A stretch of 64,000 bases of DNA from Octopus sinensis (Eukaryota), in contig NC_043000.1 of NCBI RefSeq assembly GCF_006345805.1, positions 140,554,001 to 140,618,000 of the forward strand, given 5' to 3'. A program made the position numbers and the translations under genes. The notes below the pieces were generated by a model. The model searched no databases. It was not told the DNA's origin and saw only the letters and a program-made list of their open reading frames with translations. Shown one piece after another: positions 25,906 to 37,427 of the stretch. Each line of letters opens with the position of its first letter. Position 1 is the first letter of the stretch.

Positions 25906-26935
25906 TGCTGCTGTTTCCTGTGAATGGGTAACATTAACAATAAGGATAGGAATTCAACAAATATCAACTGACTATGCTAAACCATAACCAAAGGCATAAC
26001 TAAACTGTTAGATGTTTATTCAAAGAATATAATATCTTACATTCTGTTTTTATATATTTTTGTTGCCTTTGCTATTATTGCTTTTTTTGGCTTCTATGTG
26101 CTCCCATATTCCTGAAACAATTTAATACTGAGAAGCAAGAAGTGATGTAATTCAGCTGTCAATCTTAAGAGCCGTCAATCTTATGAATAGCTGGTTCTCT
26201 GTTTGATATTTTAAAGACATAACAGTTTGGTTTCTTAACCTTAGACTATTGTGGATGGAAATGATTTCAGCTCACTTTACATCTCGTTGTTGTTATTGTA
26301 TTGTTATAATTGTTGTTATTTTTATTGTTTTTGTTTCTTTTTTTTTGTTGTTGCTATTTTATTATTATTTTTCCTTTTTTTTTATTTTTATATATTCTTC
26401 TCTTCTAGATCCTTTTGATGGTTTTTCCATTCTTTGCAGAGAATGCAGATCTATAAAAACAATTTCTAAATTAAGAAATGAGCTAGCCCCTTATAAATAT
26501 ACTCTTAGGCTTATACTTCCTAACTGTTGTATAAATTCGCAATAATATCATCTTGGCAGTGATTTATAGTTTAATTTGACATTTTTCCTTGAGATCTATA
26601 ACAACTGAAGTTTGATTAGTTAGAAAAGAAAAGAAAGGGAGAAAGAGAGTAGAAAACAATAAAGTCGAAGTCTTCTACTTAGAGCTCTAGAAAATAATAA
26701 ATCATTTTATGGTATAGCAAATATTCTAATGGGATCAACCCATTTTCAAAGTAGAAAGACGTTTCAGCTATGAAGGAAAAAAAAAAGTATTGAAAACTTC
26801 CATAGTAAAACTGCAAAATAAAAATTCTCTATAAAAGTAATCTTGCAGTTAAACTGAGAATTCAAACTCTTACCAATATCTCTCTCTCTCATACACATTT
26901 CACACAGATTCGTGCACACACATGCAAATGTGCAC

Positions 26936-26966
<31 letters not shown>

Positions 26967-27086
26967 TAGACACATACATACATTCATAGATACACACACA
27001 TATATATTCATGAATATGTATGTATGTGCCCGTATACATACATAAATACATAGATACATACACATATATAATATACATACATACAA

Positions 27087-27152
<66 letters not shown>

Positions 27153-27968
27153 GCTATTTCACACCAGTGTGATACCACCAAACATTACAGATGTATACGT
27201 ACACATATGCATTTATATGCAAATGATGAGAAAGAGGGGAGAAAGCTGCATTCAAAAAAGCATACATTTAGTTGTGTGTGTGTGTGTATATATAAACATA
27301 CATACACACACATATATGCATACATGAATAATCTTACAACAGTGAAGTACTGCCAACAATAATATATGTGTGTGTGTACAAATATGCATGTCTAAATGAA
27401 TAAAGAGAGCAAAGCAGAAAGCTGCATACATACACATGCACAAATGTGTATATATATATATATATACATAAAACTTTGTGCTTATGCATATATGTTTATG
27501 TGTGTGTGTGTATGTATCTATTTATGTATGTATGCATTAAAGATCTTACATTTATATATATGATGGTATTCTCATGTGGTAAATAATGCACAAGTGTTTC
27601 ATAGAGTATAAAACATTTGAAATATACTATTTGTATACCACGAGAGGGAACTTATGCAATGAAAGTATCGATATCATGAAGTGATATCCGTATGGAAAGA
27701 TAAATGTGGGCAAGAACATGAGAATATTTTGCTTTGGTTACTTAAATTGTGACAAATTGCCTCTGCAAGGGATTTGGTTAAAGTGAATTGCGTGTTGTAT
27801 ATAGTCCTTCAGACAATATAGGAGAGAACGGATATGCAACAATCACAATAGATAGTGCCCTAGATCTAATATCTCTGGTATGGTACTCCAGCTAGTATTA
27901 CACATACTAACATTACTACCTTCAAAAAATTCAATTGACCATTTTGCAAAGATTTAATCACCAAAACA

Positions 27969-28388
27969 TGAGTAGCTGTATGGTAAGTAGCTTTCTTACC
28001 AACCACATGGTTCCGGGTTCAGTCCCACTGCGTGGCATCTTGGGCAAGTGTCTTCTACTATAGCCTCGGGCTGACCAATGCCTTGTGAGTAGATTTGGTA
28101 GACGGAAATTGAAAGAAGCCCGTCGTATATATGTATATATATATATATATGTGTGTGTATGTATATATATGTTTGTGCGTCTGTGTTTGTCCCCCGCCCA
28201 CCATCGCTTGACAACCGATGCTGGTGTGTTTACGTCCCTGTCACTTAGTGGTTCAGCAAAAAGAGACTAATAGAATAAGTACTGGGCTTACAAAGAATAA
28301 GTCCCGGGGTCGATTTGCTCGACTAAAGGTGGTGCTCCAGCATGGCCGCAGTCAAATGACTGAAACAAGTAAAAGAGTAAAAGAGTAA
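27969..28388 (+). mobile_element. Family A SINE
   Basis: Head to AAAAGAGT tail. Confidence 0.85.
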
Positions 28389-28578
28389 AACACTTCAAAT
28401 ACTTGTTCACCTTTTCTTTTCTCATCCATAGCTACTACAATAAACTCTGCACTTCTGAACTAGCTACGTTTTTGCTCTTTCTAACTACACTACTCTTATA
28501 CCTTTATCTTCATAGTGTTTCACTTCATTGTTCTGGGGTGTGAACCAGGTTTGGCTTTGTGGTTACAGTGAAGCTTAA

Positions 28579-28798
28579 CCCTTTCATTACTGTATTTATT
28601 TTGAGATGCTCTGTATTTCTTTCAATTATTCTAAATATAACAAAGAATTTAGCAAAATAACTTAGTTATCATTCAGCTACTGTTAGGAACATAAATTGTG
28701 ACTAAAGTTTGATGGAAGATTTTAATTCAAAACTTATGGAAACAAGAAATTTGTACTCAGAGCCAGAGCCAGTTTCAGCCGGGTTGGTAACGAAAGAG
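28579..28798. mobile_element. piggyBac-like MITE
   Basis: TTAA|CCCTTTCATTAC ... GTAACGAAAGAG|TTAT; homologous to 15018. Confidence 0.75.
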
Positions 28799-29539
28799 TT
28801 ATGTATTATGGGCTGAATAGAGACAACTCAAAACTCATTTCAAACTGTAGGCCAAAGCAAGTGGAAAAAATGGTTTATTTTAATACATACAGACAGACAG
28901 TACACTGTTAGTTTGTTGATAGGTTCAGCAACATACTTTTGTGATTTATTACTATTTTATATAAAATAACTTATATGCTACTTCTATTTGAGATGAAGCT
29001 ACTTAATTTTCATGTTTAATGGACGATCTCTGACTTGACTTAGATCAAAGTGACACCATCATATCCTTAATCTCGCAATCTTCAAGATTGTCTTCAAAAT
29101 AACTACTGGTAGCATAAGATTTTTTAAGAAAACTCATTGCCTGAAAGCAACTCAACATTTTAAGATGTAGCTTAAATCCCTGAATCACTAGCAATTAGTA
29201 TATTTTAAAACTTAAAATAAGTTTCTTGAATAGAGGAAAAAGTATTTTGTTAACATCTTATGCTGTGCCAAATTTAGTTGAGGGTTTGTAGCTACTGTTA
29301 GTGCATATATTATGCAAAGTTTTGATTGTCAATGTTTGATGGATTTTAGTTCTTGTGGTATGATGGTATGTCCAAAATTGTAGGCAAAGAAAGCAGATGG
29401 GTGGACATGGTGCAGGTTTAGTGTGTAAGTTCAGTGTACAAACGGATGGTTGGCCTGGACAATTGTGGTGTAGTCATCCCAATGTTGGAGATACCTTCCA
29501 ATTAATGTAAACTTATCTTGATAGATATATCTTGAAAGA

Positions 29540-29800
29540 ACTCTCCTGGAATCTAATGGAATGTGTTTTCTTCTGCGATACAGAAGCTGCATTTTCTTTT
29601 TATTGGTTTGTTTATTAAATTGATATCTCTACGACCTTCCATTTTATGTTGTAAGTAATTCTGCGGTCACTCACCTAATATATTTTTTACATTATGCTTA
29701 AATTATGAGCTGGGATTGTAAAATGTTCCCTTGAAATCACCTTTATACATATCGATGCACTTCCTTCCAAGCACTTCAGCTTTATGTACAACTAACTTGA
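29540..29800 (-). pseudogene. Penelope-like element GIY-YIG endonuclease relic
   Basis: Manual translation across frameshifts: VVHKAEV..CIDMYKGDFKGTFYNPSS*FKH / YNIKWKVV / KCSFCIAEE, matching the PLE motif order VxYxAxV..YIG..FKxR..H.SSF, IKW, CxLCxxEK. Confidence 0.6.
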
Positions 29801-30098
29801 TACTTGCATTGCATGTGTGTGAATATTGTGTAACTGTATTTTATACACACATATATACATGCATGTACAGTATATATTATACACACACACACACACAAGT
29901 ATATATATACATGTACAATATATATTATACACACACACACAAGTATATATATATATATAGTTCAATAAATGGTGGGGTTGTGTTGACCGCACGTGGAGAA
30001 ATGATAAGTAAGGAAAAATTTTTTTAAAAATGCAGAATGCTCAAATGAAAGAAAATTTTAATAAAATGAGAAATTGATAAAATATATAAATATATATT

Positions 30099-30139
30099 TA
30101 TTCAACCGGTTTTCGTCATTGTATGACTTGTCAAGAATA
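30099..30139 (-). ncRNA. Degenerate minimal type I hammerhead ribozyme motif (U3-A8 variant)
   Basis: TATTC-TTGACAA-GTCAT aca ATGAC-GAAA-ACCGGT-T-GAATA; stems I and II pair perfectly, one extra A after GAAA. Confidence 0.5.
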
Positions 30140-30461
30140 TTTATGTTTTAAAAAGTTTTTTTTAAAATTAGAAAGGGGAAAAAAAGAAAATTGCATTGTT
30201 TTTTGTAAAAGAATAATGATAAAAATGTACAAAAATTAAAAAATAAGTTCCCCGATACATTGTGAGTTCGTTGTGTATCTTGAGTTTTATGGTTGTTTAC
30301 GAAAAAATTACCTTGAGGTGTTAAGATCCAAAGGGATTAAGAGCATGTGTTGTGTTGTTAAATTCAGCGTGTTTGCAGGACAGGAAGTAGTAGTAATTGT
30401 GGTCCTGGTTCTTCAGTTGTATATATATATATACTTTATTTAAAGCAGCAGAAAATTCAAC

Positions 30462-30509
30462 AAAACCTGTTACTCTGAGTTTCACGTTCCCATTCATCGG
30501 ACAGTTTTT
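30462..30509 (-). ncRNA. Minimal type I hammerhead motif, U4C variant (left arm of inverted pair)
   Basis: CTGT-CCGATGA-ATG ggaa CGT-GAA-ACT cag AGT-A-ACAG. Confidence 0.55.
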
Positions 30510-30515
30510 TCTTAC

Positions 30516-30563
30516 AAAAACTGTCTGACAAACGGGAATGTGAAACTCAGAGTAACAGGTTTT
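30516..30563 (+). ncRNA. Minimal type I hammerhead motif, G8A variant (right arm of inverted pair)
   Basis: CTGT-CTGACAA-ACG ggaa TGT-GAA-ACT cag AGT-A-ACAG. Confidence 0.55.
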
Positions 30564-32236
30564 GTTGAATTTTCTGCTGCTTTAAATAAAGCATATTACT
30601 CTACCACTGGTATTTGAGTACTCTTTTTTCCACCTTGTTTTCACATTTATGTGTTTACTCCGGTATATATATATATATATGTATATGTACGCATATAGAT
30701 GTGTATAAGGCTCTTTTATACATTTCATAAGATATCACTTATAACTCTTTCCTAGATCCTCAAACTGATTGTTAGAAGGGTAAAATATGTTGTACCCATA
30801 TTCAAACTGAACATCTATATGTGAGAAGAGGTGAGAATTTTCATGCCTGTCTATACATGTATATTTGTATATGTTTGTATGCCTCTCTCTTCATATTCAG
30901 TCCTTTTTAAATTATTATTGTGACATAATATATTTTCTAAATACAGTTTCTAAATTTCAGATTGATGATTACAAAGGGAATATAACCTGTTCCACCTGTG
31001 TTTGTGTATGTCTCAAAGGATAGGATGTACAATCTTCTCCATCTGAACTGACATGTAACATAATAACAACGAAAAACATCAATGACTACTTAAGCCTATT
31101 TAGTGATAAGCATTTTGTTCTTTCTTCTATTGCTATAATATTTTGTTATCTAAACTTTATTTCATTGAAGTTGTAGACTGTGCTGTAAACAAAGAAAACA
31201 CGTGTACATTTTGTAATATATTTATTTAAGGAAAAGCCGCAGTCAAATGACTGAAACACGTATAAGACTAAAGAAATAAAAGAATATGTGAATTTTCAAA
31301 TACTCACTGTAGAGAGATTTAGAGCAAAGGGATCGACTTTCATAGGGTCTAAATTCTACAGTCATTAATAATTTACTCAAGAGACAAGTATGAATTGGTC
31401 TAGAATGTTTGAGATGTGGGTTTAACTAAATCGACTCAAGTTTTTGCCCTTCATTTGAATGGAAAGAGGTGAGGAAACCGAGTTTATAGTACTTGTATAG
31501 AGAAGTGCATTAGAGACAAGTGATTCTTCATAATATGGTCACACAGATACCAAGAATCATGTATTGCGTTCTGGAGAGTCACTCAACCACAGCAATTCTT
31601 CAGGATTGCTTGTGGTTAGAATTGAGAAATGTCTTCCCTAGCTGTTCTCAACTTCTGCCAAGATTATTAGCACCAAACCTCTTATAATGGGTGAAAATCT
31701 TAAATGTATTGAAATGGTATGACTTCGTTGCATGATCTCTTTTAAGTTGATTGGTCAATAAATAGAATTGCATGTGGTAATTGTATGTTTCAATTGCGGT
31801 AGCAGCTTGATAAATTGGAGAAATAATTTCGAATCCTAGGTCTCACTGCAGAGAGTCACCTCCCAATGAGGAAGTTAAAAACGATGAACAGATCAGCAAA
31901 AGTTGCAGCAAAATTTACATACAAATTACAGAATGCAAATACATGTGAAAAAGCATTAACAAAATGTAAATGATTTGATAATATTCATATTCACTGTCAA
32001 TAAATGGAGGAATAAAGTATCATTACCATATGCAATCAACAGAAATGTAATAGAAAATTATTATATACAGCTTTCATAAATACACTATTTTTATTTATTT
32101 TATTTGTAACAATTCAAATGTAATAGGTTGGTGCATACTTAATTGGCTGATGTGTCTTGAGGTGTCTTAAAGGAAATGTTGAGGCCTAATGAGGTACTAT
32201 GGCCATGTGTAATTGTTGTAAGCAAATCTTGTAGGT

Positions 32237-32398
32237 GTAGGAGTAGCTGTGTGGTAAGTAGCTTGCTTACCAACCACATGGTCCAGGGTTCAGTCCCACT
32301 GCATGGCACCTTGGGCAAGTATCTTCTACTATAGCCTCAGGCTGACCAAAGCCTTGTGAGTGGATTTGGTAGATGGAAACTGAAAGAAGCCAGTCGTA

Positions 32399-32469
<71 letters not shown>

Positions 32470-32673
32470 TGTGTGTGTATATGTTTGTGTGTCTGTGTTT
32501 GTCTCCCCAACATCGCTGGTGTGTTTATGTCCCCGTAATTTAGCGGTTCAGCAAAAGACACCGATAGGATAAGTACTAAGCTTACAAAGAATAGGTCGTG
32601 GGGTCGATTTGCTCGACTAAAGGCAGTGCTCCAGCATGGCTATAGTCAAATGACTGAAACAAGTAAAAGAGTA
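32237..32673 (+). mobile_element. Family A SINE with CpG decay
   Basis: Several CG to TG/CA changes relative to the 16607 copy. Confidence 0.85.
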
Positions 32674-33291
32674 AGCAAAGATGACGAATTGCAAGAGACA
32701 TGCTGGTTGTGCTGCCAGGTAAACTTATTGAATGGACAACCTGACTCAAGTGAGTTCGCATATAAGAAACTGGTTAATGGCTGCAAAGGAAGGTGCAGAA
32801 GGCATAATCTGTTTCTTGTTTCAAAAATGACATGTTTTGAAAATGACATGAAAATGTGTCATATATAGTCAAGTTAAGCGTCTGAATTTAATTAGAATTA
32901 AAATTTTAATGTAAATTTTAATATTTACATCTATTTATGTGATATTTTGTTTGAGTGCTTTGTTTTTTTGGTAATTTTTCACTTTTACTTTTTAGTGGAT
33001 TTATCTCGTGAAATAATGCTTTTTAAAATTTTGGATCGGCAATATGGGAATATGGTGGAACTGATTCAAACCTCCAAACACACTTTTACATTTTCTAAGA
33101 AACAGATCTCTAGGTCCCTAATGTATCCATTTAAGGAGTGTGAAATTTTTATTTTCACACAAAACTCCCAATCATGCCAATTGGTTGGATCGTCATTAAA
33201 CTGTATGTTGTGTATGTGTAGTAATATCATAGGACGTTGAAGCAGACTAAATCAGGTTAAATTATGAAACAGCAATTATAAACATCTTTTA

Positions 33292-33552
33292 GGTACTACT
33301 TGAGAACAGTGGTCCCGGTGCGCGCACTCGCGTACTCGCGCTACCTAATCATGACTAGTCGATCCTTACTTTGTGTTTTTGTGTTATTTGCTTTATTTAA
33401 AAAATTATTTACTTTGTGTAAAAAAATTATTTATTTTGTGTTTTATTTACTTTGCTAGGTAGTCGTTGTAGGATCGACTAGTCACGACTAGCTAGCGCGG
33501 ATGCGTGAGTACGCGAGTGCGCGCACCTGGACCACTGTTCTCAAGTAGTACC
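33292..33552. mobile_element. Mutator-like MITE
   Basis: Long TIR GGTACTACTTGAGAACAGTGGTCC...; perfect 9-bp TSD CATCTTTTA (33283-91, 33553-61). Confidence 0.9.
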
Positions 33553-33564
33553 CATCTTTTACAG

Positions 33565-33787
33565 CTATGCCAATTTCAAAACACAAGCTTGACCAAAAAC
33601 ATGATTGTTTTATTCAACAAACTTATGTTAGAAACTCTTCATACTTTGCCACAGATGGACATAATAGCAGATGAATGTAGCAATAGTGAAGATTCTAACA
33701 AAAGTTTACGCAATAGAAATTACGATATTCCAATATGTTTACAATTGAAACAATGGAAAAAATACGTTTGTATCATCGAACAGAAGG
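33565..33787 (+). CDS. Candidate exon of an unidentified gene
   Basis: CATCTTTTACAG acceptor, GAAG|GTAAGT consensus donor, 223 nt open in one frame; product not recognised. Confidence 0.3.
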
Positions 33788-34689
33788 TAAGTTAACATGC
33801 GTTTAATTCTGACCAGCAGAAAAGAAAGTATTTCTGTGATTTGTTTACATTTGAGAAACGAACGACCAATATGCTGCTGTCTGTCGCATTATACGGACAA
33901 AGCAAACACAGGAGAGAAGAGCAACAATGCGAAACATATTATTAAAGATGTGCATGCATGTAAATGGGAAGAGATAGCAAGCATTAGTTCTGGAGTTATT
34001 TCAAGCATGGCAAGATATCATTCATGTTTGTTAGTGAAGGGGAGATAGGAAGAGAGAGAAAGAGAGAGAGCTGTCAATAAGTCGGTGATATTATGTGTTG
34101 AAAACAAGGCAATATTCGGTGTAAAGGTGAGGTCTGGAAGTTTGGAAACGTAGAAAGCACTGTTGCTATTTGTACTTGAGCTGATTTACTAACTGCTACG
34201 CGCTGTACATGACTGCTGATATTGGGAGTTGGCTGTTATTTTTAGCGTTGGGGGCTCAACAGTTGAACATACAGGTGCATTACCCCCCTTGACAGTGGGT
34301 AACTAAGCTGGCCATACTGCGAGCGGGCGTTACACAACATTGAGTTTCAGACACTTGAGCTCATCTCTTTCTCTGTTTATGCATGGACACACAAACTTTG
34401 AGGACATAACTTGTCTGGCTCTATCTTATGCCACAGGCCAGCTAGCAGATAGGAGCATAGCGTAGAAGGCCATGGCCCTTACACACCAACCATTCTGTTT
34501 GTCATTCCATTGTGTATGTATGTGTAGCCACAAATAAACATTGCTCGTATGTATTTTCCGTCCGGGTTTACTACCATCGAAATTATCTTCACTTTTTCCA
34601 GAATTTCTTCTCTTTTTTTTTTTTTTTTTTTGCGAAATACGTACAAAAATACGGAGTTTATGATTCATGTGTGAGTGTGTGTACTTGAT

Positions 34690-35460
34690 AATCGTTTAGA
34701 ACAAGTAGTTTTACACCAATTACACTATTTTTTTTCTTAGTTTAAAGGCCGTGGACTGAAAATTTGAAATTTCCGAGGTCTCTCCCCCACCCCCCTTTCG
34801 CGAGCGCGCATTTTTTTCATCATATTCGTTTAGAGCAAGTTGTTTTACACCTATTACACTATTTTTATTTTTGTTTTTGTGCCCGGGTCAGACGCTTTCG
34901 GAAATTCCCGAGTGGGCATTTTTTTGGTCATATTCGTTTAGAGCAAGTTGTTTTACACATATCTATATATATAAAACTGTAGTTGTGTGAGTGTCTGTCT
35001 CCTACGATTTAAATTCCTAACTCCTCCCACATTTTGCGGTGCAGTTTAACCAAATTCGGGTATCTTATAGTCATGATTAATATCGAGCCCGTCTGACTAT
35101 TAGCGCGCGACTACGATGAGTCTACGATTTTAAAAATAACTGGCAGTATCGCCCGGCGTTGCTCGGGTTTGTAAGGGAAATAACTATATAAGCATTTTTA
35201 GAGAGTTACTTATAGATGCTTATATAGTTATTTCCCTTACAAACCCGAGCAACGCCGGGCGATACTGCTAGTTACACTATATTTTCTTTTGTTTTGGTGC
35301 CCGGGTCAACCCCTCAGACGCTTTCGGAAATTCCTGATGTGAATTTTCCGAGGCCTCTCCCCCACTCCCCTTTCGCGTGCGCGCATTTTTTTTTTTTTCA
35401 TATTCGTTTAGAGGAAGTTGTTTTACGCCTGTTACACAAATTTTTTTTTTGTTTTTTTTT
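34690..35460. repeat. Degenerate tandem repeat (four units carrying CGTTTAGA.CAAGT.GTTTTAC), interrupted by a Helitron
   Basis: Motif near 34693, 34826, 34935 and 35405. Confidence 0.75.
34962..35271 (+). mobile_element. Non-autonomous Helitron with an inverted duplicate of its 3' end
   Basis: A|TCTATATATATAAAA 5' end; hairpin plus CTAG|T 3' end; no TSD. Confidence 0.85.
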
Positions 35461-35827
35461 TTGACCGGGTTTAACGCTTTAGTTTAACCCGAAATTACAA
35501 CCTTCTGAGAGTCATATTAGGTGACTCAATAACGACCTGCACCATCTAAATCTGTTTGGGGATTTTACGAACAAACTTTATTTCTGGTTGAGAGATTTTG
35601 GATGTTATTGTAATAGAAGTTAGTCGTTTGTATTGTTATGGATAGTTCGACACGATGATATTAGCGAGCTTCAGACGCTGCCCGTGTCCGTTTGCCACCC
35701 GTGTGCCTTGCTGGTAGTGTTCTCCCTCTGCTACATCCCAAAGCTCTTTGTCTGCCAGTCGCGTATATGTGTCATTTTATACCCATTGAGAGACTCATAA
35801 AGGACAGCTATAGTAGAAGACACTGCG

Positions 35828-36622
35828 GGTACTAGTATCGTAGAGTGGTCCCGGTTTGCGCAGACGTAGGCAGTCGATCCTACGAGCTGACTGGCGCATG
35901 CACGATATATACGTGTATACGATACTAGCAGTATCGCCCGGCGTTGCTCGGGTTTGTAAGGGAAATAACTATATAAGCATTTTTAGAGAGTTACTTCTCT
36001 TATAGATGCCGATTCGGGCTTTCTTAGCCATTTCTGTTTTGGTGTCTTCAAGCCATGAAGTCGTTGTTCTAAAAGAACGCTGGTCTCCTTGACAACGCTT
36101 TACGACGTTGATTTCCTTACACTCCCTTCCCCACAGCTTCACGAGGGAGGGAAGAAGGGGGAGAAGCAAACAGGTGCAGATGTGAGTGTGGACGCCAACT
36201 CCGCCGCCATCGACACACGAAAAATTATGCATTAAAATGGAATAAAAAATTATGTTAAATTATTTTTTAAATCGTAGACTCATCGTAGACACGCGCTAAT
36301 ACCCAGACGGTCTCGATATGAATCACGACTATAAGATACCTGAATTTGGTTAAACTGCACCGCAAAATGTGGGAGTAGTTAGGAATCTAAATCGAAGGGG
36401 ACAGACACTCACACAACTACAGTTTTATATATATAGATATACTTGTATATATACGATATATACTTGTATCGTATATATACAAGTATATATTGTATACAAG
36501 TATATATCGTATATATCGATACAAGTAAATATCGTGCATGCGCCAGTCAGCTCGTAGGATCGACTGTCTACGTCTGGCTAGCGCGTCTGCGCAAACCGGG
36601 ACCACTCTACGATACTAGTACC
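35828..36622. mobile_element. Mutator-like MITE hosting a Helitron
   Basis: TIR GGTACTAGTATCGTAGAGTGGTCCCGGTTTGCGCAGACG; 9-bp TSD GACACTGCG/GAAACTGCG. Confidence 0.85.
35925..36437 (-). mobile_element. Non-autonomous Helitron, complete
   Basis: Reverse-complement A|TC 5' end at 36437 and hairpin-CTAG|T at 35925. Confidence 0.9.
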
Positions 36623-37022
36623 GAAACTGCGTAGTAGGACTGAACCCGGAACAATGTTGTTAGGAAGCAAACTAAAACCTCTTCCATTCAACCACACCTT
36701 ACAATTTATGTAGTTGGTTGGTTATTGTCGAAGACAACTATAGGAAACACAATAACGCTTATAAATGTGTTCAAAAGTTAATGAACGTTGGTTGGATCAT
36801 AAAGCGGGTTTGTTTCGGAATAGCTCATACAGGTAATTTCTATTTTCTGCGTTTTCACTGGGATGTTTCAATATTTAATTTTGCACCAATCACTTCAAAA
36901 TGATGCGGGAAGCATTTTCTAAATCAATTCTACTTCATAATTCTTAAACGTCGCCTTCTCTCCACTTCACCTCTTACCTTCATTACCAATAATATTTAAA
37001 AAATAAACAATTTCCCCGTATA

Positions 37023-37427
37023 TCTTTATATATATAAAAGTGAAGTTGTGTGAGTGTCTGTGTCCTACGATTTAGATTCCTAACTACTCCCACATTTTGC
37101 GGTGCAGTTTAACCAAAACTGGGTATCTATTAGTCGTGATTCATATCGAGCCCTTCTGGGTATTAGCGCGCGTCTACGATGAGTCTACGATTAAAAATAA
37201 AATTTACCATAATTTTTTTCCATTTTAATGCATTTTTTTCGCTATTATATAAGGCAAGTAACTCTCTAAAAATGTCTACGACGAGTCAAAGATTTAAAAA
37301 AAAATTTACCATCATTTTTTTTCCATTTTTAATGCATCTTTTTGCTATCTTTTGGCTATAACTCTCTAAAAATGCTTATATAGTTATTTCCCTTACAGAC
37401 CCGATCAACGCCGGGCGATACTGCTAG
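37023..37427 (+). mobile_element. Non-autonomous Helitron, complete
   Basis: A|TCTTTATATATATAAAA ... CCCGATCAACGCCGGG-CGATACTG-CTAG|T. Confidence 0.9.
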
